Shown: piece by piece, positions 1 through 11,739 of the stretch
How the letters are laid out: every line of letters starts with the position of its first letter
Position numbering within the stretch: the stretch's first letter is position 1
DNA from: Eledone cirrhosa
Taxonomy: Eukaryota
Reading direction: 5' to 3'
NCBI GenBank assembly: GCA_964016885.1
Contig: OZ024741.1
Location: 194,308,001-194,372,000, forward strand
Length of the DNA: 64,000 bases
Notes under the pieces: generated by a model
Seen by the model: only the letters and a program-made list of their open reading frames with translations
The model's database searches: none
What the model was told of the DNA's origin: nothing
Made by a program: the position numbers and the translations under genes

Positions 1-729
1 TCATCTTATTATTGACCCAATTCAGAATATAAGACGGGAAATAGAAAGGTTAAGACAACAAGAAAGACGATTGCTACTTTCTGAAAGTGTACAGAACCTG
101 AGGTAGGAAACAAAGATTAAGGCAAGAAGAAAGACTATCGCAATAAACTGAGGTTGAATATGAAAATCATTAAGAGTCAATGACAGTTGCGATGCAAACT
201 TGACGAGCACAAATGACTCTTCAAGGCAGAATAAACTGGCAAAGAGCTACGTTTTCATACGATCCATCGAAGAATTATAGAAATGATTCTAAAGTAGCAA
301 TTGGTAGCATGGGTATTACACTTGGCATGTGTTGCTTAGCATGAAAGGTCAGACTCTCCAGCTTTTATACATATACTGCTTACAGACCGTACTAACGAAG
401 CTAAACACTTCAGAAGCAATGTTATGCGGTATAATGCTACACTTCAGATGATGTCCTATGGAGCTGAAAAAGATCATACTGACTATGGTTATTTCACAAC
501 ATTTAAAACTCAAGGTCAATGCTACCATTTAATCGGCAGTTTACTCCCCCAGCCTAATAAGGAAGTTTTATGATTGTTTTTTTTTATCTCTCTTTCTTTC
601 TCTCACACATACATACATTATGGTCTCACCTATTACTGTAAACCAGACAACACATCCAATACAGTCGTTTTCTCTTTTATCCGTCTTCTCTTAACTGTTC
701 TCCCAGACGAAGCCAGGTGCCTCAGCTAG
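1..729 (+). mobile_element. Degenerate Helitron: N-terminal RepHel fragment plus 3' end
   Basis: 377-570 translates LLTDRTNEAKHFRSNVMRYNATLQMMSYGAEK..DYGYFTTFKTQGQCYHLIGSLLP, the typical Helitron N-terminal block; upstream FSYDPS..GMCC remnants; imperfect hairpin 702-717 followed by CTAG|T at 726-730. Confidence 0.8.
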
Positions 730-769
<40 letters not shown>

Positions 770-774
770 TATAT

Positions 775-1232
775 TTGTTTGTTTGTCCTTTTGAACAATT
801 TCACCACACTTTTACCACACACACACACACCAACCAAACTTAGACACACAGACACTTGCACCATTTCTACACACACGCCACTACACACCTTACATGAACC
901 CACACCACCTACAGACATACCCCCATGCATACCACTCTCTTAACCTCACAAACACACACACACATGCACATCTACACATACACCCACACTTCACCCCACA
1001 CCGTCTCCAGGTTTGACATAATCTCACCCTATCCACACTCACACACATACACTCCACTCCAACACACACAATGGCTTTTCAAAACCCACATTCACATACA
1101 CTCGCTTCCTTCCAGACTCTCACACTTACATCTACACATACACACAGACACCTTATCTTCTGCCACCCCACTAAGACACTAATAACACTATGTACTATTG
1201 ACTCCTGTGTTTGTTTGTTTGTCCTTTTGAAC
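775..1232. repeat. CA-rich insert bounded by ~23-bp direct repeats (TTTGTTTGTTTGTCCTTTTGAAC)
   Basis: Same motif at ~775-797 and ~1210-1232; probably a Penelope-related non-coding remnant. Confidence 0.5.
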
Positions 1233-1236
1233 TATA

Positions 1237-1680
1237 CTAGCAGAAAAACCACCCTTCGAGTGGTTTTCTGCTAGCATGGGTAGTGTGTATATTGATATAA
1301 TACATGTAGATATGATACATCAAATAAAATCGTAATTGACAATATACACAGAAATTGAACGAAGACACTGTCTTATGTATGTAATCCATGATACATTAAA
1401 AAAGATGATATTATATATAAACTGCATTAGGAGAAAATTAGTGACAGAAAATTAATATGTTTATTTAAGCGATCGCCACCGGAAGTGTTAATATTTGAAA
1501 AGTTTAAAGAAGTAAATCTTTAAATAAATAGTAAAATATATTTAATGAACAGCCACGAAATTTAGTAGATAAATTATGTAATATTAATTCATTATTTATT
1601 CAAAGTAATCCAACTTATTTTACTAATGGGATAAAAAATTATAAACCGTACACAGTCCCGCGTTTATTACTTTATTATAG
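1237..1680 (-). mobile_element. Non-autonomous Helitron
   Basis: Hairpin 1237-1274 ending in CTAGT on the minus strand; the other end reads CTATAATAAAG, similar to a Helitron 5' end. Confidence 0.5.
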
Positions 1681-1694
1681 TTTATATATATATA

Positions 1695-2383
1695 TAACGT
1701 TTGTTATAGCTCTGGTTCATCCGAATCATTGAGCACTTGCCACACATCTCGGAGGTTGTTTTTCGTTATTTCGTGGGCCGAAATGCGATTCTCGATAATT
1801 TATGTTTGTATTAATCTCCAGACTCTAGCTATTGACCAGTTAATTTTCTTCATTTTTTAGTTGATTCTATTGACTGATGAATGGCTTATGTTAATTTTAA
1901 CCCTTCTGTTGAGAACTCTATTCGATTTGTGATGTTTTTCCATTCTTGCAAAAATATACACAACTGAATTCATTCGCCTGATATAGGGGTTGCCTCCCTT
2001 GCCGATCCCCACGTGGGGTCAGCAATAGTCAGTCCTTGTATTAACATTGAACTAAAACCTGTTGAGAAAGTGGCTTGTTCAATCATCTTACCAGAAGCCT
2101 ACATTATTTATGTAAGCAGACAGTACTTGATTTAGGAGCCGCAGAAATCCAAATACTGGATTTTACCAACCTTCCAGGGGTCCGGGTAAATTTTCAATAC
2201 CCGAATTACTTGATCGTTTTTTTGGCTATGCGAATGATTGTTTAACCATCGTCTCAGTGTGTTTGGCCTTTAACGTTTGTTATAGCTCTGGTTCATCCGA
2301 ATCATTGAGCACTTGCCACACATCTCGGAGGTTGTTTTTCGTTATTTCGTGGGCCGAAATGCGATTCGATAATTTATGTTTGT
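1695..2383. mobile_element. Non-coding element with ~115-bp terminal direct repeats (period 576 bp) inside (TA)n
   Basis: 1695-1809 is nearly identical to 2271-2383. Confidence 0.6.
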
Positions 2384-2411
2384 TTATATATATATATATA
2401 TATATATATAA

Positions 2412-3355
2412 CGGGTCTTTCCGTATCCGCCATTCCTTTACCTGCACATTCACCCACGTTGTCTATGCCCTCCGGTGTTTCCTTTGCGGGTCTTTATATA
2501 TCAGACAAATGGGACGCCGTATAGGGGAACGTTTTGCCGAACATTTGAAGGACATACGACTCGGTTTGGATACTCCTGTCGCTCGTCATTTCTGTTCTGG
2601 TCATTTTTCCCTACATGTTTCAGTCCTGGGTGTCCTTTTACATCATGGATCAGAGGCCTCGCGCACCAGGACTGAACAAAGTCTGATTCACCGCCTTGGG
2701 TCCTATTCCTCTCTTGGACTCAACTCACCTCCTCAATTTCTCTAATACCCCGTCCATTATCACACCCCTAGATTCCTATCGCTTTCTCTTGGTCATTAGC
2801 AGCTTCTCTTACAACTAATACATGTCGACTCTATATGCTCACACCACTTTTCCCTTCACTGCTCTGTATACACACCCTTATATTAACATACTTTTGCTCA
2901 TAGCTTCGTGCTTACATGCACACACACTCTTTTACTCACATATACACACGCATTTCTTCTTAGCTTCGTACGGACGTATAATAACACACACACACAAACA
3001 CATGCTTACGCACGTGCACAAGTATAGTTCTTTTTACAAAATGTTTTTTTTTCCATTTAAGGCAGACGCGCTCCATCATCCACTTTTCTAAAAAATAAAT
3101 CATACACAAAATGCCAGCACCAACAGTTTTGCAAGAGATGTCAACATGAATGGACCTGTTATTTTTTAATCTAAAGACTCTTTTTCCAATTCCATCCCGC
3201 CCGTCCCCCAATCTATCTTATTTCTCATTCTTTCTTCTGATGAAGGACTAGCGTCCGAAACGTTAAGACGCTCTTCCTGCTATATCAAGTGTTAACCTAA
3301 TATATCCCTTCCATATACTGTACCAATTGTGTTGTTATTTCTGTTTACCTTTTAC
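2412..3355 (+). mobile_element. 5'-truncated Penelope-like element: GIY-YIG endonuclease remnant and 3' pLTR
   Basis: FTCTFTHVVYALRCFLCGSLYIRQMGRRIGERFAEH..EQSLIHRLG..GLN (2412-2745); HHR downstream. Confidence 0.85.
3233..3268 (+). ncRNA. Minimal type I hammerhead ribozyme (Penelope-associated)
   Basis: TCTT-CTGATGA-A-GGAC tagc GTCC-GAAA-CG-T-T-AAGA; stems I and II pair; palindromic ACGT stem III; GUU site. Confidence 0.85.
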
Positions 3356-3413
<58 letters not shown>

Positions 3414-3614
3414 ATAATAATAAATTTGAAGACTAAAATCCAAAGAGGGCTCGATAAGAATAAATATATATCAAATATATAAGAACCGTAGACCAAATCT
3501 GTTATTTTAATAAATATATATATATATGTATGTAAAAGGTAAACAAACAGCCCAAATTAAGCCGTACAGTGTTTAGCAACCATCGTTTCTCTTTTGTTCA
3601 ACACTGACAAAGGA

Positions 3615-3657
3615 ACGATGTACTAGTTTCAAGCTTATTAGCTATCGTCAGCATCGT
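3615..3657 (-). ncRNA. Type I hammerhead ribozyme, family A
   Basis: Minus strand ACGATG-CTGACGA-T-AGCT aata AGCT-T-GAAA-CTAG-T-A-CATCGT; 6-bp stem I, palindromic ACTAGT stem III, GUA site. Confidence 0.88.
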
Positions 3658-4054
3658 ATACCTTCCTGCCAGATGATTGAACGTCTGAAAGTATATACTT
3701 TCCTTATACATACATATTAACGGCTGAGCAGCCTAATTTGCATATCGAGTGAGTTAGTCGGCCGGGCGCACCGAAAACGATAAATGGAAAAAATGAAACG
3801 AAATTTCATTTCTCACTCTTAGTACGGCTGTTACTTAAATATAAGTATGGACACATACATACATACATATATGTATACAGACGTACAGTAGTATGTATAT
3901 ATATACATACATGCACACATATATATATATGTACGTATGGGTTTACCGAACATTTATTATAATGATCAGTTTGTTTGTAAGCAAACAGCCCGAATTAAGC
4001 CGTACAGTGTTTAGCAACCATCATTGCCCTTTTGTTCAACACTGACAAAGGAAC

Positions 4055-4093
4055 GATGTACTAGTTTCAAGCTTATGAGCTATCGTCAGCATC
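4055..4093 (-). ncRNA. Type I hammerhead ribozyme, family A (second copy)
   Basis: GATG-CTGACGA-TAGCTCATAAGCTT-GAAA-CTAG-T-A-CATC; stem I shortened by the inversion junction. Confidence 0.8.
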
Positions 4094-4170
4094 TAAGAGT
4101 GAGAAATGAAATTTCGTTTCATTATTCCATTTATCGTTTTTGGTGCGCCCGGCCGACTAACTCACTCGAT

Positions 4171-4178
4171 ATGCAAAT
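4171..4178 (+). promoter_or_regulatory. Octamer motif ATGCAAAT in the family A monomer
   Basis: Also at 3736-3743 (minus) and conserved at 23795-23802 in a diverged copy; function is inferred. Confidence 0.45.
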
Positions 4179-4252
4179 TAGGCTGCTCAGCCGTTAATAT
4201 GCATAAGGAAAGTATATACTTTCAGACGTTCAATCATCTGGCAGGAAGGTAT

Positions 4253-4295
4253 ACGATGCTGACGATAGCTAATAAGCTTGAAACTAATACATCGT
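4253..4295 (+). ncRNA. Type I hammerhead ribozyme, family A (stem III mutated)
   Basis: ACGATG-CTGACGA-TAGCTAATAAGCTT-GAAA-CTAA-T-A-CATCGT. Confidence 0.75.
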
Positions 4296-4562
4296 TCCTT
4301 TGTCAGTGTTGAACAAAAGGGCAACGATGGTTGCTAAACACTGTACGACTTAATTTGGGCTGTTTGTTTATAAACAAACCGAGCATAATAACAAATGTTC
4401 GGTAAACCCATACGTACATATATATGTGTGCATGTATGTATATACATACTACTGTACGTCTGAATACATATATGTATGTACGTGTACATACTTATATTTA
4501 AGTAACAACCGTACTAAGAGTGAGAAATGAAATTTCGTTTCATTTTTTCCATTTATATATAT

Positions 4563-5904
4563 ACGAGCAGAAGTGCCCGGCGTTGCTCGGGGCTGAGGAA
4601 CTGATGTATTATAATGAATATTCCATCTCGTTTGGTTTGCAGGCCTGGCGTGTCATGGTCTCTGTTAACTACGGTATATATAATCTGGTTGCAGCTAGAA
4701 AAATAGACATACCGCAGCAGGGTTTGTACCTACATAGGTGATCCCCTGTCTATTTGACTTTCGCCTGACCTAACTGAGGTCGTAGGTGAAAGGGATAGGA
4801 TCAATCACTTTTTGACAGGACAAAGAAAACGTTTGTTGGTGCCTTTTTATGTCGTGGTTTTGGGTTCAATCCCTAATTTTTTTATTCCTTACTGAAAGTA
4901 CTTAATGAACCTGTGAACGTCCCTAGCAGTTAAGAATGAGAAATTGAATTGTTTCTGGCGCGATTGTACTCTCGTCATTGTTAACGAAAACTACATTGAA
5001 ACACGCACACACACACGTGTGTATTGACGGTAATACACACACACACACACACATGCTAACGGCGACATAACATTTACCGGTTATATAAACTTTTCATGCT
5101 ATATAACATCGTACTGACTACATAGCCTTTTATCTGCTACATAGCTTTACCGGCTACATAATGAATACCTGCTACGCAATTGATCTTGTTGTTTAAGGAA
5201 GTCTGCGAATAGTGTTTTAAACAATTATTTGTTAACTCACATGATGTGAAATGGAAGGGTAGTATTATCCCCATGAAGATTAACAACCGAAAATGAAAAT
5301 AATTATGTCGTTTGATTTTACGATTGAAAGAAAATAATTGTCGCAAATTAGAATTTTTATTTATTAATGAAGTGTGTATGTGTGGTTAGAAATCCGGCAC
5401 GTGGTTAAATTGATTTAAAGTTTAATTATTCATTTGATGTGAGTGTGTGTTTGTATGTGTTTGCAAATAAATAAATCAGTTTGAAGACTCACATTTAGAA
5501 TAAACGAAATTGTACGTTAATGTGGCTAATGTTTTTGTTGTTTAGTCTGTAAAGTGTATGAGTGAGAGAGTAAAACGGACAGTATCACCATCAACATGAA
5601 CAATGTAAAATGAAAAGAATAGTTGTTTCAGCTTGGAAACAGAAAGTAGCAGAAAGTATGAAGTTGTATAGATTTTGAAGGGTAATGGAAAGAGTTTAGT
5701 AGTTGAAATGAGAGAGTAAAAATCGTAAAATATTGAGTTTTATCGATATTTTGCATAATTGTGGGGGAAATTTAAAAAAATATATGTGCCATGACCCAAT
5801 CGAAGCTATTTAGAATACTGAATTGTAAATTTCAATTGAAGAAATTCTATATCGTAGATTTCTATAACAAAGAAACATGACCATACACTGAGCTTTAAAG
5901 ATTA

Positions 5905-5910
<6 letters not shown>
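4563..5910 (-). mobile_element. Non-autonomous Helitron-like element
   Basis: Left end ACGAGCAGAAGTGCCCGGCGTTGCTCGGG resembles a reversed Helitron 3' hairpin plus CTAG (one mismatch); inserted in (TA)n. Confidence 0.5.
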
Positions 5911-5934
<24 letters not shown>

Positions 5935-5940
<6 letters not shown>

Positions 5941-6310
5941 ACAGACGTACAGTAGTATGTATATACATACATGCACATATATATATATATGTACGTATGG
6001 GTTTACCGAACATTTGTTATAATGTTCGGTTTGTTTGTAAACAAACAGCCCGAGTTAAGCCGTACAGTGTTCGGCAACCATGGTTTACAAACAAACCGAA
6101 CATTATCATAAATGTTCGGTAAACCCATACGTACATATATATATATGTGTGCATGTATGTATGTATGTATGTATGTATGTATGTATGTATGTATGTATGT
6201 ATGTATGTATATACATACTACTGTACGTCTGTATACATATATATATGTACGTATACATACTTATATTTAAGTATCAGCCGTACTAAGAGTGAGAAATGAA
6301 ATTTCATTTT
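5935..6310. mobile_element. Family A fragments in inverted arrangement, without HHR
   Basis: 5935-6081 matches the minus-orientation copy; 6083-6310 matches the plus-orientation copy and ends at TAAGAGTGAGAAATGAAATTTC. Confidence 0.75.
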
Positions 6311-6326
6311 TTTAATATATATATAT

Positions 6327-6327
<1 letters not shown>

Positions 6328-6357
<30 letters not shown>

Positions 6358-6725
6358 CTATTTTACGCCCGTTCTTCCACGCTAGCATGGGTTAGACGGA
6401 TTGTCCTGTTGTGGGCAGTGTCCGGTTGGCTGACCTTCTCTTGCTCATATGGGAACTGATTCTGGGTAGATTTCTACAGCTGGATGCCCTTCCTAACACC
6501 AACCTCATTTACAGTGAGTGCTGGGTGCTTTTTTGCCATGGTACCTACACGTCCACTTTACAGTGGAATGATAGGGACCCCAGTCCTATCATCTCATTTC
6601 TACAGCTGAGGAAACTGGAGCAATGTGAAATAAAGTGTCTTGCTCAAGGAAACAACACATCACCCGGTCTGAGAATTGAACTCACAACCTTTCGATTGCA
6701 AGCCCAATGCTCAAACCACTAAGCC

Positions 6726-6726
<1 letters not shown>
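6328..6726 (-). mobile_element. tRNA-derived SINE with RTE-type 3' tail
   Basis: Reverse complement of the 47071 and 63410 copies; A/B boxes; (GAT)n tail. Confidence 0.85.
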
Positions 6727-6800
<74 letters not shown>

Positions 6801-6804
<4 letters not shown>

Positions 6805-7372
6805 AATGGCGTGCTGTGTTGTTGCATATGGGATACATATGAATAAAATTAGAACAAGAAGACAGGACTGTCCGTCATCAGTGATCTTCCAGCCATCATT
6901 GGTATTTCTTCGCATTAAAGACCATAATATACTAACTAAAGGCCATAATATAATAACTAAAATAAGTTATTGGGACAAGTAGAATTGGGTGTAGAAAGCG
7001 AGACATGTGAACAAACAGAGATGGTAATAGCAACGGAAAGATAGGGAGAAGAGAAGCAAGTCCGTGATATCTGTAAACTTAAGTTCGATCAAATCGTGGA
7101 CGAGAAGAGAAGACACGTCCAGACTCTGTGAAATGTGAGCGAGAAAAGGATTTCACACAGGTCAGACGGGTGGAAGTGAGAGAGGGGGAGTAGCAGAGAG
7201 TGAATGACTGAGAGTATGGGGAAGAGGCCAGCCGAGAGAGGGTGACTGGCAGAGGGGGTGAATGAAGGTAAGAGATACAAGGAGAGAGAAAGAGGATAGC
7301 AGTAAGAAAGAAACAGACTGGTCACAGCGGAGGGAAAAATATAAATGGAAAATGGCGTGCTGTGTTGTTGCA
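6801..7372. mobile_element. Non-coding insert with ~25-bp terminal direct repeats inside (TA)n
   Basis: AAAATGGCGTGCTGTGTTGTTGCA at ~6803 and ~7349. Confidence 0.55.
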
Positions 7373-7390
7373 ATGTATATATATATGTTG

Positions 7391-7439
<49 letters not shown>

Positions 7440-7554
7440 AAGAATTCATATCTAGTAACATATATATAGATACAGATGCATATCAATGCTAGCAAATATA
7501 TAGGTTTTGTCTTAATAACAGTGTGGTTCAATGCATTGGGTTGCAGAACAATAA

Positions 7555-7984
7555 TATAAGAGACGTAAAATAAGAAAATTATAAAATTAACTTACTTACT
7601 AAAATATCACTTCCAACTAATTAGTTTCTGGAATGGAGTAAATATATTTTCCGAAGAATAATATAGAGAAGCATTTGACCTCGATGTCACGTGTTCGATT
7701 CTTTTTGAATTTGCCACAGACGTAGAGGCAGTGATTTTCTCAATGGCTTGGAATTCAGTCCACGCTTCGCTATTTCATATCCACTGAATTATTTTTTAAT
7801 AAGTTTCCAGTGTCCTCGCTTTGCCTGGAAACTTACATGAGAATAGACTTTCCTGACGACGGAATGCTTCTCTATATTATTCTTCGGAAAATATATTTAC
7901 TCCATTCCAGAAACTAATTAGTTGGAAGTGATATTTTAGTAAGTAAGTTAATTTTATAATTTTCTTATTTTATGTCTCTTATAT
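7555..7984. repeat. ~120-bp inverted repeat around a ~187-bp spacer (inverted pLTR-like or foldback)
   Basis: 7555-7675 is the near-perfect reverse complement of 7863-7984. Confidence 0.8.
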
Positions 7985-8158
7985 ATATATATATATATAT
8001 ACATACACACACACACAATTAGTATACACCTATTTAAGGTGGGGCAGACAATGTTGATAGAATTCAATGCAGCATTGTATATATCCATATATACAGTGTG
8101 TTAGAATGTGTAAAGAGAGAGAGATAAAGGAAGAAAAGTGTGGAAAAAGTATACTGAC

Positions 8159-8272
8159 CGTCTGATTAAATGAGTCAGAATTAATATCAATTCCAACCAT
8201 GTTAATCAGGAAGTTTCGATTCTCAAACTGGTTTTCGGCAATGTAAGAACACAACCATTGGAAAAGCTTCTC
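8159..8272 (-). CDS. Exon of adenylate-kinase-like gene (EKLFQWLCSYIAENQFENRNFLINMVGIDINSDSFNQT)
   Basis: CTACAG acceptor, GTCAGT donor; 114 nt; phase 0/0, compatible with the preceding exon. Confidence 0.7.
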
Positions 8273-8309
8273 CTGTAGGTAGATATAATATAATGCAGAC
8301 ATTATTTGA

Positions 8310-8640
8310 CACAGAGAGGGGGAATAGTAGAGAAAACGGTAGAGGGTATAATAAACAAAGTGAATGGTAAGGAAAAAAGGTTGAGAGGGTAAAATAAAAA
8401 GGGGAAATGGTAAGGAAAAAGATAGAGAGGGTGAAATAAAAAGGGGGAAGGGTAGGGAAAAAGGTAGAGAGGGTGAAATAAAAAGGGGGAATGGTAGGGA
8501 GAGGTAGAGAGGGTGAAATAAAAAGGGGGAATGGTAGGGAGAGGTAGAGAGGGTGAAATAAAAAGGGGAATGGTAGGGAGAGAGGTAGAGAGGGTGAAAT
8601 AAAAAGGGAAAAGGGTAGGGAAAGAGATAGAGAAAGTAGA
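8310..8640. repeat. ~41-bp purine-rich minisatellite
   Basis: GTAGAGAGGGTGAAATAAAAAGGGGAATGGTAGGGAGAG repeated. Confidence 0.85.
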
Positions 8641-9039
8641 ATCAACTCTAGTCTGTTCCGTTAATGTATTCTATAAGTTCTCAGAACTGATTGGAATAGA
8701 TTGTAATAAGTTCTCAAAAAAGAATTGTCACAGGATTTGATCCTAGAATATAATTGTTTCTACTTTTTGGCACAAGGCCAGCAATTACTCATCAGTTGCA
8801 ATAAAGTATCCATTTCACACATTCAAATATATTGTGGTAATGCTGAGGTGTATAGCCAACAGACTCTTCTCTATAGCTTGTGACACTACCCTATAATAAA
8901 CTTCCAATTCATAGGTAGCGCCTTTATATTAGTTTATTCTTCAACTTTATATTCAATAACTCCAATTTACTGACTGGTATGTTTGTTCCTAATATAAAGT
9001 TGTAATATATATATATATATACTTTTGTTCATTACATCC

Positions 9040-9470
9040 AATATACTTCAGCCCAGTGCTTGCCATCAAATATATTAGGGCTCAGATCATACATCAAATA
9101 TACCCACTTCATGAAATCAAATATAAGAGGGCTCAGCTCATTACATCAAATATTTTAAGGCCCAGTTCATTACATCAAATATACTAGGGGCTTACTCATT
9201 ACCTCATTTACACTAGGGCCCAGTTCCTTATGTTCTAGGGCCCTGTCCACTACATTCAATGTACTAGAACCCAGCTCATTCCATCAAATAAACTAGGGTC
9301 CTGTTCATCACACCAAATATACTAAGGTTCAGCATATTATATCTAATATATTAGGACCCAAATCATTATACCCTATGGCCCAGTTCATTACATCAAATAT
9401 GCTAGGGCCCAGCTCATTACATCAAAAATAATAGGTCCAGTTAATTACCTCAAATATAATATGCCCCATT
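9040..9470. repeat. Degenerate ~29-bp minisatellite
   Basis: CCCAGTTCATTACATCAAATATACTAGGG variants. Confidence 0.75.
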
Positions 9471-9539
9471 ATATTATTAGGATAACAAGGTAAAGACTGT
9501 TTTAAATGATCTGTGACAAATATTTAAGTTGAATAGGAC

Positions 9540-11090
9540 AAGTGAAGACAGATGAAATAACAGATGAGAAAACAGAAGAGATGACAGATGAGAAGATGAG
9601 AAGTTAGATGAGATGACAGGTGAGAAAATGGATGAAAAGAGAGATGACAGATGAGATGACAGTTGAGAAGATGAGAAGACAGATCAGATGACAGATGAGA
9701 TGACAGATGAGATGACAGTTGAGATGACATATTAAAAGATGAGAAGACAGATGAGATGACAGATGAGATGACAGATGAGAAGAAAGATGAGAAGACAGTT
9801 GAGATGACAGATGAACAGAGAGATGAGAAGAGAGATGAGATGACAGATGAGATGACAAATGAGATGACAGATGAGATGACAAATGAGATAACAGATGAGA
9901 TGACAGGTGAGAAGAAAGATGAGAAGAGAGATGAGAAGAGAGATGACAGATGAGATGATAGATGACAGATTTGATGACAGATAAGATGTCAAATGAAATG
10001 ACAGTTGAGATGGCAGGTGAGAAGAGAGATGACAGATGAGATGATAGATGACAGATTTGATGACAGGTGAGAAGAAAAATGACAGATGAAAGGACAGATG
10101 AGATGACAGATGAGAAGACAGTTCAGAAGATGAGAAGAGAGATGCGAGAACAGATGAGATGACAGATGAGAAGACAGTTCAGAAGATGAGAAGAGAGATA
10201 CGAGAACAGATGAGATGACAGAGATGACAGATGAGATGACAGAATAGACGACAGATGAGATAACAGATGAGATGACAGATGAAAGGACAGATGAGAAGAT
10301 AGATGAGATGAGAGTGGAGATGACAGGTGAGAGGAGATATGAGAAGAAAGATGAGATGACAGATGATAGATGAGATGACAGATGAAAAGAGAGGTGAGAA
10401 GAGAGATGACAGATGAGAAGAGAGGTGAGATGACAAGTGAGATGACAGAAAAGACGACAGATCAGATGACAGATGAGAAGACAGGTGAGAAGAAAGATGA
10501 CATGAGATGGAAGATGAGAAGATGAGATGACAGGTGAGAAGAGAGGTGACAGATAAGACGGCAAATGAGATGACAGTTGTGATGACAGGTGAGAAGAGAG
10601 ATGAGATGACAGATGAGATAACAGATGAGATGGCTGATGAGATGACTGATGAGATGACAGATGAGAAGACAGTGGAGATGACAGATGAGATGACAGTTGA
10701 GATGACAGGTGAGATGACAGTGGAGATGACAGATAAGAAGAGAGATGAGATGTCAGAGATGATAGATAAGATGACAGAAGAGATGACTGATGAGAAGATG
10801 AGAAGATGGATGAGATGACAAATGAGATGACAGATGAGAAGAGAGGTGAGAAGACAGATGAGAAGACAGATGAGATGACAGATGAGATGACAGATGAGAA
10901 GACAGATGAGTAGACAGATGAGTAGACAGCTGATAGATGAGATGACAGGTCAGATAACAGATGAGAAGATGTGATGACAGATGAGATGATAGATGAGAAG
11001 ATGAGATGACAGGTGAGAAGACAGATGACAGATGAGATGACAGACGAGACGACAGATGAGAGATGAGATAACAGGTGAAAAGACAGATCA
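9540..11090. repeat. 12-bp minisatellite (GATGAGATGACA)n
   Basis: Direct inspection. Confidence 0.9.
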
Positions 11091-11146
11091 GAATATGTAG
11101 ATCTATGTCTTATAACATTGAAGTGATAAGTGAGTGAATTACTTAC

Positions 11147-11235
11147 AGGCGATGTATCATCAGGTTCATTATGGTCTTTCAAACAGATGTAATTTACAAT
11201 GTATGTATCTCTGATTGAATTGCACTCTTCTGCAG
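11147..11235 (-). CDS. Exon of adenylate-kinase-like gene (TAEECNSIRDTYIVNYICLKDHNEPDDTSP)
   Basis: TTTTCTAG acceptor, GTAAGT donor; 89 nt; phase 1/0 matches both neighbouring exons. Confidence 0.72.
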
Positions 11236-11739
11236 CTAGAAAACAACAAACAAGTCAGATACCAAACTGCCTGAAACTGCACCTGTTTATCATCAGTATC
11301 ATCATCATCATCATCATCACTGTTTTATGTCCATTTTCCCACGATAGCATGGAAAACCTTCCATCATGATTTTATATATCAACCTTTCTTAAGTTATGCT
11401 CCAGCTTATTAATTAGAAAGTATTACTAAATATTATTAAATTCTTCCAAATTCTTGATTATTTTAAAAATTCATTGAAAATCATAAGCAATGTCTTTCAA
11501 TAGAGATACAGTAATGAAAAGGTTAAAGTTTGATGCTAGAAACTAAGATATTGGCAGAAATTGTCTAAATCTGTATTTAATACTGTAATGTACTGTTTCT
11601 AATGGTAGTTTCTCCCATAAAGTCAGGCTATTTCAAGAGGGTTAGCCCTCATCACTATTACCATTACCATCACAATCACCACCACCACCACCAATGTTAC
11701 CACCAATACCATCATCATCATTTCAACATCTATTTTTCC

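Larger units (their letters stand above)
3539..4554. mobile_element. HHR repeat family A (retrozyme-like): ~1.3 monomers on minus (3539-4093) joined to ~1.1 monomers on plus (4095-4554)
   Basis: Circularly permuted copies of one ~420-440 bp unit; three HHR motifs; flanked by (TA)n. Confidence 0.85.

Noticed and set aside
6860-6895. HHR-like motif on the minus strand
   Set aside because: No GAAA box or consistent stems
9524-11182. SSHL-repeat ORFs
   Set aside because: 12-bp minisatellite; only 11147-11235 has splice signals
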